Below are positions 25,390-36,600 of a stretch of DNA of 64,000 bases, piece after piece. The stretch is from Podarcis pityusensis (Eukaryota): the NCBI GenBank assembly GCA_964106645.2, contig OZ067042.1. One strand, given 5' to 3'. Under the pieces are notes generated by a model. That model searched no databases and was not told the origin of the DNA. It worked only from the letters and a program-made list of their open reading frames with translations. Both the position numbers and the translations under genes were made by a program. How positions within the stretch are numbered: position 1 is the first letter of the stretch; every line of letters starts with the position of its first letter.

Positions 25390-26510
25390 GGCCGGCATTC
25401 CTCACCTTAAAGGTACATTCCTCTGGGTCAGGAAGCCACCCGCCCCGCCGCTCCTTTGGGAAGCGCCTCCCTCCCACTCTCGTTCAAATGGGCAGCAGCT
25501 GGAGTTCCGCCCGAAGCCTCGAGGTTGGCTTGGTTTGGAGGGCGAGGGGGGCGTCGATCAGCGCGTCATTCGCACCTCCTTCCGCGGGCACCCGGTCAAA
25601 AGTGCACGGGGCGGGAGGCGGAGGTTAGGAGGGGAAGAAGGGGCTTTCCTGGGATCGCCAGGCTGTCCGCTCGTAGTCCAGGATCGGTGCAAGCGCAACA
25701 GCCGTCGGAAGGCATCAAGGCGCTTCGGCGACAGCTGTCTCTGCGCCTCGCCGGAGGAGGAGAGAATCTGCCCCACGGCCACTATTTGGGGTGAGCGGCC
25801 GATGCAAGATCTGCCTGCGCTGCAGCGCAGTCCGTGACATAGAAAGGGGAGAGAAAAGGACGGCTAGGTGTCGAGAGCACCTGGGGGTGGAGGGATAAAA
25901 CTTGACCTCGCCTTCCGTCTTGCAAAGATTGCTCTGCTCTTCCATTGCTTCCGTCTGGGGATCCGCAAGGGAATCGGTAAGTTCCACGAGCGTCTCGTTC
26001 GCGATTTGCAAAGGGAGCAGCGAGTTTACAGTAGGGAGGCTGCAAACCCTAAGCAAAAGTAAAACGAAAGCTGCGTGCAGGGTCAGAGCAAGGGGGACAC
26101 CGCGCATGGTTCGGCCCTGCGCTCAGCAGCTTGGAGATCTGTGGCGGCAGAGCAAGCAGCGCTTCGGGGACAGAAATCCGGCAGACCCATCCGATGAAGA
26201 AGGGAGGAGAGAAGTGAATGCCCCGGACGGTCCTGGCATTGGGAAAGCAAGCGCAGAAGTAGCGGAGGGCGAGCCTGCCGGCGGGGCTTGAGTTTCAGCA
26301 TCCTTTCGATCCGCAGCAATGCATTTGGGCGCTGGGACTCCAGGAATTGCTCTTTGAAATGAGGGCCCCTCCCGCACCAGCTCCTGAAGACGCGCAACGG
26401 TCCGAGTGCAGCCGGTGGCACGTTTTTGCAACTTTTAGGAAAAAAAACTGCTCAACGTAGGGCGGGGTGGGGGCTTCGGGAGTCTTGCAACATCCCTCCG
26501 CCTCCCAGTG
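25390..26510. promoter_or_regulatory. CpG island, probable VWA2 promoter and non-coding exon 1 (possibly bidirectional)
   Basis: Sharp rise in GC and CpG against CpG-poor flanks; GC boxes near 25439 and 25608; + strand donors GGG|gtgagc (25791) and TCG|gtaagt (25977); the VWA2 ATG exon has its own acceptor, so an upstream exon is required. Confidence 0.8.
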
Positions 26511-29500
26511 TTTATTACAGTTGTAGACTTTCACGGAACTAAAATATCATGAAACAGTTCTCAAACTTTCAAGTTCTCCAGAACTCTTCTGCAAGACTTG
26601 GGTATGAAGTATGGGCGTAGCCAGGATTTATGTTGAGGTGGTGGGGACACGACACTCACCTACCATCTTCCTCTGTCTCTCTTAGTTAAGTATTTTTATT
26701 TATTTATTTGAATGGGGGGGCAGCTGTCCTGCCTTCTCCCATAGTATGAAGCAAAATGGGCAAAACCCCAAGAGTTTGCAGTCCCAACTTCATTAACATG
26801 CAGCCTTAAAAAGAGTTCTGGAGAACTTGAAAGCTTGATCACTATTACATTGTATTTGCCCCCAGAAAGAGATTACTCTGTTGTGACTTTTAGATACTCT
26901 TGAATGAGCTGACATTGCTTTCTCCATTTTTTCCCACAGAACCTTGTGCACAGTTCCTCCCAGTCCTGGACTAGCTACCCGTGATGGTATGTTAATAGCC
27001 ACAAGCAGTTTCCTAGTTTCAGAGTTACCAAAAGGGGGCAGCTGTTGCCTGCAGTGCAAAAAAGCAAAAGGTGATTTATTTCTACATTCAATTTTCTTTT
27101 CTTTTTTTGGTTTGAGAGCAGTGTCTTGTTTCTACTCCGTGCAGTTAGATGGGGAGATAGGTATCTCCTTTGTCTATCTGTGTGCCTCAGGAACCGTGCC
27201 AGCTTCCTGGAAGCATACCTGTAAATAAAATGGATCCCTTTCTGCAAATGCAGCCACGACATGATCTTATCAGTGACATGTGCTCATCTGCTTTGCTGAG
27301 GGCCTCTCAGGGGCAGGTTTCTGGGAGCAGCTGCGAAAAATGTAGTTGCTGGTCTAACTGAATCAGAACAGTGAGTCGATAGGATGAGGTAAGGCAGAAA
27401 TGTGGCTCCCAGAACAAGGAAAGGGATATAGTGGTAGAGCATAGGCATTGTCAGCCCAGGTTCCCAGATTCAACCATGGCACTGCCAATTAAAAGTTTGG
27501 AACAGGTAACATGCCTGGAACAGACAGGAAGCCTGCGACATTGGAGTGGCATGGGAGACTTTAGGAAGAACAACCTATTTGCCAGTCCCACCAAATGGTC
27601 CTATGTAAGATGTGCAAAGGGAAAACAAAATTTATTCCTTTCCCTTTAATGTAAGCCTAACCTATTCATCACTTTCTCTTTTCTCTTGGCCTAATCAATC
27701 AAAAATTGCATTGATGCCTCAAGGATATTTATATATTTTTCATGGATCTCGGCAGGGTGATTCTGTGGCAGAATGCATTGGGGAGTGAGTGGCCCATTGT
27801 AAGATTTTTAGTTGGACCAACGCCAACAAACTTACTATTCACAAATTGGCCATCTTGTATGCACAGTAAAACAAGGGCCATGTCTTGACTACTATGGGTT
27901 GGATGGTTTAGTGGGGATGTGCATGACGCTAGTCCACTGGGGTAGGATCTCATTTATTTTTCCTGAAGGGCTTTCAAGGCCTTGTTATGATCAAAAGGTA
28001 GCAAATATAGGCCAGATCACTATCAGCTGATGGATGATTATATGACTCACCAAACAAGAAGTGCACCTGCTCACCATTTTGCTCTTTGATTGCTCTTCTG
28101 TTAGCCCTAGATGATTCCAAATTCATTAAGTGTGTAAGTATCTGTAGCCATGAATTCTGCATCTTTTGTCTCAATAGGCATTTTAAATGTGATGTATATG
28201 AGTTGTTATTAGGCTAATTCTTGTATAAGGAAAGAAAGAGCACAGCCCTAAACATGTTTATTCAGAAGTAAGCCCAACATGGGAGTGCATAAGATTCCAT
28301 CATAAGTCTCCAGCCTAAGTATCAATAAGCTGCTTTCCTCATTTTGCTTGCCTGTTTGGCTGCTTCATTGTGAAGATTATGAATTTTTGGACTACTCCAC
28401 CCATTTTACAGCCGCAAACATGCTTACCAGTACTTCAGCATGCAGTAGGAAGTTGCATCAATCCCTCTGTGATATACACAGTAAAATATTTGTGCACATG
28501 TGCATAAAACACCATGTGAAGCTGCCATAAAATAGATTATTATCGGAACAAGCAGCACATGCTCATAGTTTGGATACCTCGTGATGCTGAATGTCTTTAC
28601 CTCAACACAAAAAATGAACAAAAAATACATTTCAACATCCCACCAGGACCACAAGTTTGGCTTCATTCAAAGTTTGATTAACGGGGAAAGCAATAATAAG
28701 ATCCAAGCTGATGTGTGATTAAATAGCAGTGGAATATCATATATACATGTGTAAAACTAGACCTTCCAAGGATAATACAGGGATTCCAAATTGTTTATGC
28801 ATTTTTCGGTTGTGACAGAAGCTTGCAATAAAGGGCTGTTTCTTGAGTGCTTCTTTCTATCTGAACCAAATGAACTATTTGCTCAAGAGTTTTAGCACTT
28901 GTCAACCAAAGCAAATGTAAGCCTTCCTGACTCACCTGTTCCACCTCAGCTTTCATGATTTGTAATAGCAGGTGTATCTAATTCAATTAGAAAGCTTAAA
29001 ATAAGTTGAAGTAGGTCTCTTGCTTCAGCTAAAATGGTACTAAATAGGAATCAGCATTTGGTCTGTCTGTCTAAAATTAGGACTAACCAATTTGCATTGC
29101 AAAAATGTAGCTTTTCTCAGTTCAGAATTGTTTGTGCTCATCCTCAGCATGCTGTTTTCAGTCTATAGTGACTCTCCATCCTGCCGCCTACAAAGTTTGG
29201 TGTGTTTACTTGATACATGTTTGAAACCTGTCCCCTTGACTAGGCTGTGCCTTTTCCTACTTGCATGTGTCCAAAGTGAATGTAGAAGGCAGTGGTGATT
29301 GCAGTCTTGGCATATGCCCACCCACAATGTCACTGGGCGGGTCTGGATACACTCCTTCCCCATTGCCTGGACAACCTACTTCTGTTTTCTATTGGATACA
29401 CTGGGGGGTTATCAAACTCTGCAGAATCAGTCTGCAGTGAACTTTGACTTTCAGAATGTCTTAAAAAGCACTTTTCATGGGGCAAATAAATAAGCAGTAC

Positions 29501-32265
29501 ATCTAGATAGTGTGTAGACGCCTTTAGGAAAAAAACGCAAACGCAATCTCCGCTGATTCTAGAATAAATGCAGCCATAAGCTGCATCTGCAAAAAGAGCA
29601 CGAAAGCTTGTATTACTTGTTGCACTGGCTCTTTATAACAGCTGACCTTTAAAACAACCAGATTCTTTTTCAGTCTGTTTTATTTCTAAGATTCCATTAT
29701 TATATGAGTGTTCTTTCAGTCTCTTGCTGCAAGGAGAAGGAGGAGGGCTTGAAGTCCCCAGCCTAATGAGCCAGCTTGTTGTATGTTGGATCCACATCAA
29801 AAATGAGGCAGTAATTAATTAAAGTTGTACCTACTGCTTGACACTTTCTAATGATTTATTCCCACCCCATTTTTTGGCAACACTTGTTGAAGGGCCTGTT
29901 GTTCTAGGCAAGTACACACTTCAACTATTTTGATGATTATGTCTGCGGGGGAGAAGAGTTAAGCAAAATCACTATGAACTGTGCTCTTTAGAATTATATG
30001 TAGTCACCTACATGCCTGCCCTCTTGGCAAATGTAGGATCAGTTCTCCCAGCTAAGAATGTGAGTTGAATTTAGGCATATGATGCTCAGATTTTTAGGTG
30101 CTTTGGGTTGTGTTTTAGTGTGTATAACTGCCTGCCTGTCTTTCTTAGGTGATAATAAGCATACACAGAAACTACGAAAAGCAGAAAGGAGGAGTTGTTT
30201 TATTTGACATTAGTTGCTTCCTACAAAATAGTCTTTAAGTGACATACAAAAAGGTTGAATATCAACTTAAGGAGCCATTTCTAGATGGTAAATATCCAGT
30301 TTGCACGACTTTTTGATATCTGGTTGCATGGGCTGACTTTGGGCATGTAGCGAAGCAGATCTATGGTTATATATTTCATTGCCTCATCATTTTTGGAAAC
30401 ATTTGCGTTAGGAAAGTTATAGTGTGTGTTCTAAACAGCAGGAACTTTTGACGTGGTGAAATATTTGCATGGGCACTTTGTCTGCTCATACTTGATTCCG
30501 CATCATCTCTTAGGGTTGTGTGAGCTGGCTTGAAACTCCCTATCCTTCACACACTTCGATAATTGTCCTAATCCTTCTCAGTGCTCTTGTTTTTTTAAAA
30601 AAGAATCAAAAATCTATACCAAAGTTGCAATTCTTAAGCACCTAACTACCAACAGACATTAATGTCCAACCTTCTGTGTCAACATATGAAGAAGGTAGTA
30701 TAATCGAACAGAAAGTGTACAACGGTGCTTTTGGTTTTACATCTCAGAGGCTACATTTTCAAACTCCACTTACCACAAACAGATCAAACTTCTTTGTACA
30801 GTGATGCATAATTTGCCCAGTTGACTTGCAGCACATTTTTCCATCAGTGTTATGTTTTGGAAGCCACAAGTTTTAGTAAAACATCAGAGCTCCATTTTTT
30901 CCTGTTTCTTTGAATGGGTCTTGTTCCAGGTTCTCTGCGGTAAGGGGAAGAAGGACCATAGCTCAGAGCATCTGTGTTCTTGGTTGTTCCCCTTCAGCTG
31001 CATTCTTGGTGACTGTCCCTCAAATACAAGTTATGGATAAGGCCAGACTAGACACATGAGGCAATTATGTCTCAGAGAGATGTGGTGCCCTATTTACATA
31101 TAACTCAGAGGTGGAATCTACTTTTTGCACAAAAATAGAGTGCATTGAGGAGGGGAGCAAAACCTGCTCTTCTCTTGCCTTGTTTTGCCGCTCTCTGTAG
31201 GTTTAAGCCAAGGAGGCGGGTGCAGGTGGCATCTTTTCCAGCCCCGGGGCCATGTTTCCTTCTGAGCAACCTTCCAGGGAGCCACATGTCAGGAGTGGGC
31301 AGGGCCAAAGACAAAAGTGCGTGGAGAAATGAATATAAATGTTACATTTGTAAGTAGTTTCCGCACATGCTCATTTACACCTCTCTAGCCATCATCCAAA
31401 CAAGTAGAAGTTTGAGGCCACATTTCAGCCGGGAAAATGTACTTGGGAGTGCAAAGTAAGAGGTATGGCCTGGGGAGATTTCTGAAGGCCAGAAAGAGGC
31501 CCAGAGGACCACAATTGGGCCACAAAGTTAAGAGCCCCTTTCTGGCTTAAGCATTTATTTTTCTGCCCACATCACAGCTGGGCTTAGGGGCAGAGTGCTT
31601 AAAAGAAATGGAGCAAAGCCATAGCGGTGTTAGGCATTCTTTTTACCTACCTGCTACTTGGTGGTAGTTTTGGTTAGATGCAGACACTTCAATCCCTGAT
31701 TTATATGGGAACAGGGAAAACACATGCTTAAGATATCATATCTAGTTTGGTCATGTGTTTTTATAATAATATAATAAATATACACGGTATTAATATGTAT
31801 TATAAATGCAGCTCAGGCTCCTTTAAAACTTTTGCACAGCTGTTGTTTCATTCACAGCTATGAACATTCAGACTCTTTTAGTGATACAGATGTTTGTAAG
31901 TACTGCCTAATAAATTTATTCATAAGTGCATGCTATGTTTGCTACTTTCAGTTTTTCCTTTAAAACAGTAGAGCGGGGCAGCTGCGTGAAATAATTTCCC
32001 TTGAGAAATCTGAGATCTAAAGTTGAGATAGGAGTGTCATGAAAACACCCTTATCTCCCCAAACTTTGTGCTATAGCGTCCTGGTTGACTCACCTGCCAG
32101 GGCAAGTGGGGACTTGTTCATGTGTTTCTGGGAATTTACAGTCAAGCAGTTCTGGAGTTATTTGAGTGCGCATTTGTGGGGAGTGGAGAAATATATCATT
32201 ATCTTAATGGCATGTACCAGGAGATGGACTGGAGAAAGAGGGAACCAGAGCTGTTTGAGGAACTC

Positions 32266-32310
<45 letters not shown>
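32266..32310. repeat. (TGT)n microsatellite
   Basis: ~15 perfect units. Confidence 0.97.
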
Positions 32311-32311
<1 letters not shown>

Positions 32312-32337
32312 ACCGTTGTTACCTTCATTTGGTTAAA

Positions 32338-32476
32338 CAAGGAATGGGGAACCTGAGGCCCTCCAGTTGTTGCTGGACTACCACACCTGTGTTCCTTGGC
32401 CATTGGCCATGCTTGTTGAGTCCAATGGGAACTGGAATCCAACAGCATCTGAAGGGCCACAGCTTCTCCATCCCTG
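32338..32476. mobile_element. Palindromic hAT-like MITE, same family as 53302-53438
   Basis: GGCCCTCCAG...CATCTGAAGGGCC arms, flanking GGTTAAA repeat; further degenerate copies near 11474-11590, 38790-38912, 49110-49222, 54625-54750. Confidence 0.7.
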
Positions 32477-33583
32477 GGTTAAAAACAGAATGACCTGTCC
32501 TGTAGAGAATCAGCCCTTTGAGCATCAATTATGTTTGTAAAATATAAGAAACTCGGTATACAAGTGTCAGGCAAATGTCCAGTATTCAGCTCGTAAAATA
32601 AAAGATGGTGGGATTTGACTCTCCCTAGAAAGCATATGACCTCTGACGTAGGGACATGGACTGTGGTTGGCAAGGAGAAGCACTTGTGCCTTTTCAAAAG
32701 TACTCTGCTTGAACTACCAGTTTGTAGATGCAAAGAACCACTTGGTTAATACATGGTATAGGAAAATGAGGCTCCAGGGCATCCCAGAAGCCTCTGGAAA
32801 GATGTAGGGGCCAAACACCAGCAGTCCTATGTTAAATACGTTTCTACTGTTTTTAGCTCTGACATTACTTTTGGCCAAATACCTGAAAGGATATTAATCA
32901 CTATCTCAGGCTGTATCCAAGGAGCTCGATGTAGCAAATGTTGAGTTCTCAGCTTGCCTTCCATTAGGTATTAGCCAGGCTCAGATCTACTTGCCTCCAT
33001 TGATAGACCTATGCTGTGTGACATTTTTCTTTATATATCTAGTCTATCTTCAGCAAGAGATGCTGATCCGTAGGCATTAATATGCTGCTTCCCAGGATTC
33101 TAGCGTAAAGCTTATTATTGAAAAACAGTGCTGAACCAGAGGAGCTCAAATGAAGCTTTGTGAGTTGGTAGATGGGGCATTATATATATAGCATAGCACA
33201 TGATTCACAAACAATAGATCAAGACTCGCCAATGAGTCATGGCAGCCTTACGTCACCAAACTATAGTTTCCATGTACAGTTTAAATGGAAAGTTTTAGCT
33301 ACAGTAAACTTGGGCACGAGCCAGCTAGATAGAGGCCAGATCTTTGTTTATGCAAAAATGTCATTGCTGTTTAGAGCAGCATAAGGAGGTTTATAAGTAG
33401 CTCATAAAGTTAAATGGTGCTGATGTGTGACGTACAATCAGAAAATGGATCTGTTTGCAATTGTATAGTGTGCACCAGCTGCCACTAATACCCTTTGATA
33501 GTCAAGATCTTAAAAGTCAGATAATATGTTTAGCACCTTTCCTAGAAATAATACGTGCCTTTTTACCCCGCAGTGCTGTCATC

Positions 33584-33635
33584 ATGAGCCTCTTGATGTC
33601 TCTTACCTATGCTTGCATTTTCCTGTTTTCCCAAG
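33584..33635 (+). CDS. VWA2: VWA2 first coding exon, signal peptide (MSLLMSLTYACIFLFSQ)
   Basis: Acceptor ends at 33573, atcATG, AAG|gtgagt donor. Confidence 0.9.
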
Positions 33636-36600
33636 GTGAGTATACAAGGTAAATAGTCGTGGGTGGAATGTGGTGTCCTGCAAAATCTGCCCTTTTAAAC
33701 ACAGGAGAAAGTTGGTGATGGTTGTAGAATAAGGAATAAGGCTGCATCCACTTAGGCACAAATTTGTGTGGTACTTGTGCATCAGCTCCACACAAATGTG
33801 TGACCAAATCATACACTGTGCTGTGCTGGGCATGAACAGAAAATGAACAATATCATTGGTACAAATCTTATAACAGCATTTGTGTGGTGTCCAGAATGGT
33901 ATAAAACCAGGTCACTCTCTTCGTTCTTTAAGTTACAACATGCCACACAATCCTTCTTTCTGATCCTGTTGTCTCACAGCAACAGGAATCAAGCTGACTC
34001 ACCTAGCCAAACTGTTGCTAGCCAAACCGTTGCTTACTGCAACACACAGGAGGGTGAGAGTTCCCCAAGAGGAGATCACACTTGCTTCACACCTCCTCTG
34101 GTTCTCCTGTTGCTGTGCTGCTGCGAGCTTAACCATGGTTTGGTTTTAGGGTGTCATCCAAACCTGGGCTTGTGATTTGTTTTGCTGGAGACAAACTACA
34201 AGCCCAGGTTTGGATGACAAACTAAACTTGAAACATCTCAACAGGAGTGGGAACAGCAAAGACTAGCTGCACTCTCATTTTTGGGAGCCTGTATGCCTAG
34301 GGACATTCATATGCCATAGTTTGGCATGGCATTATGTCTAAACCTTCTCAAAGTTCTAGTTTATCAAGATCTGTCCAGAGGGCCCAAGCAAGACTTACCA
34401 ATACGTGAGCCACAAAACTCTCCAGTGAACCCCATCAAACAAACTTTATGCTGTGACCTGGTAAAGTTTTAAAATGATTAAAAAATATTTGCAACTGTAA
34501 GGAAATTACTAATTTTATACGCTGATAGCAGTCAGATTTAAGTCAGCTCCGTCAATTCCATAACATTTTGTTCAGTGTTGAAGCAACGTGGGTGGTATTT
34601 AACCCAGAGTAGACCCATTGAAACTAATGAGCATGACTATTATTAATTTCAGTGGGTCTACTCAAGAGTAAAATTTAGTTGAATACCACCTAGTGTTCTT
34701 TTGTGTCTTGCGTACCTTGATAGCCTTTCTACAGCTGAAAAAGCTAGATTATTGTGCTTATCGTATGACCATTTGCATCTTTAAATGGGTGCCAAAGAGA
34801 AAGCGCACAAGCTATCCTGTCCTCAGGGGTGGAGGAAGGGGGGTGCAGTGGGGCAATCCACCCCAGGTGTCACCACTGAGGGGGGTGACAAAATGTGGGG
34901 CCTGCAGCGTGCCTGAGCCATGTGTCTCTCCTGGGAGTGACGTGGTGGCTTGGGCGCCCGCAGGCTCCGTGCTGCCCCAAACTGTCTGCCCGCTGCCTCC
35001 CCCCCAGCTGTGGGGCGGCTGAGTGGGAGGAGGCAGGCAGACTCCTTGGAGGCCCCGCAGCGCATCCTTCTCTGGCTGGCCCCACCCTTGGGCGCAGGGC
35101 ATATGTGCCGCCTGGGTGCCCGATGGGCTTGCTACGCCGCTGCCTGTCCCTATCCTGATATTTTCTGGAAATCATCTGAAAGCAATGCCTTAAAGAGGTT
35201 CTGTTAAAATATTTTGGTAATAGCTGGTTAACTGTGTTGACGACTTGATTTTATAGCACTTGTGTCATGGAGCATCCAAGAACTGCACGTCAACCAGGAA
35301 ACCATTGAGAAAATTTCAGCAGCTGGCCAGCGTGAGTGTTTTTTGTTTGTTGCACAAAAAGCTCTTGCAATGCCTAGTTCTCCCGCCTGCAGATTTGTAC
35401 CCTTCATTATGTGATCAACATATTTTTATTCACCCAGGTATTTAAAAGAATTTCTGATCTTTGACTATGAGCTCCTAATGTCAGTTGTGCAATTTATTCT
35501 ATATTTATGCTGCCAAGCTGGCTTGATCTGCAGGCTGAAAAGTTTTAATGTTGCTGTAGTGGGAGGTGAACTTGGGGAGAAGAGCAGCTGTGGAAACTGT
35601 ATGGTTTATACCCATTAATTGTGTGTTTCTCTGTTAGTTGGGATGTGTGCTTGACACCTTTGGCTGTGCATTCTGAGTATATCTCTTTTTTCCTAGCGGA
35701 TTAATTTCAGCTATAGTATTATCCTCTGTTGCTGAAACATCTCAGTGTTCCAGCAACCGTTTAATGAGGGGTGCAGTGGACTATTGCCAGATAGGAATTA
35801 ACAAGGTTACTGTATAACATGACTCAGTGGCTTTCTGTGGAATGCTTTAAAGCTTTCAATCCCTTTTAATCTGTTTTTTTTTGGGGGGGGGGGACTGATT
35901 TCAAATCTTTTTAACTAGGCAGAAATCGAAGCCGAAGGGGATAATGATGTGCTGTCCTGGAAGACAAAGTAAAAGAGAGAGGGAATCAAGAATAAATACA
36001 TGGCTGCCTTATTTAAAAATGCAAATTTTCATTCCTTGCTGCATGAACTGTTCCTACTTGGTTTTTTTAAAGTTTTTATATATCAGAGGAGTTAGGATGG
36101 GTAACAACGGTTTAAGGTGGGAGGGGGCTATAAAAATAAACACGGTACACCGTAATATATAAGTTACGTAGGATTTAAATTGACCCACTGTGCCTGTTGA
36201 ATGTCAAAATCTTTTATCAATTAAATGCTTCTTGTCCCCCTAATGCATTTTGTCTGCAGGGGGGTTTCCCCTGCATTGAGGGGCAGCTGGGCCATACCAC
36301 TGGTCCCATTCACAGATGACACTGTTCCAGCCACCTACTGTTCACTAGTTGAGTCTGGAAGTCTGAGCAAGGAAGCATATGCATGCAGACCTCTATGCAG
36401 TGCGTTTTTGCAAAAAAAAAATTTTTTTAGGGGTACTCTTTTTCCTACTTATATTGAAATACTGTCCCTCAATTTAGATACACAAAATGTTGGGGGGTAT
36501 GCATACCCCTGTGTCCCCCCCGCAGAAGAAACACTGCCTCTATTCAAAGTACAATCCTATATGATGGGTAGTCCAAGTCAGTAAAACCCTACATGCATAG

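Noticed and set aside
25253-25837. 194-aa plus-strand ORF in the CpG island
   Set aside because: TTG start and R/G/P-rich composition typical of GC-rich non-coding DNA
32039-32493. Poly-Val, poly-Cys and poly-Thr ORFs
   Set aside because: Translations of the (TGT)n microsatellite
34693-35207. ORF cluster and CpG-rich patch resembling a second promoter
   Set aside because: Explained by a TSD-flanked hAT-like element
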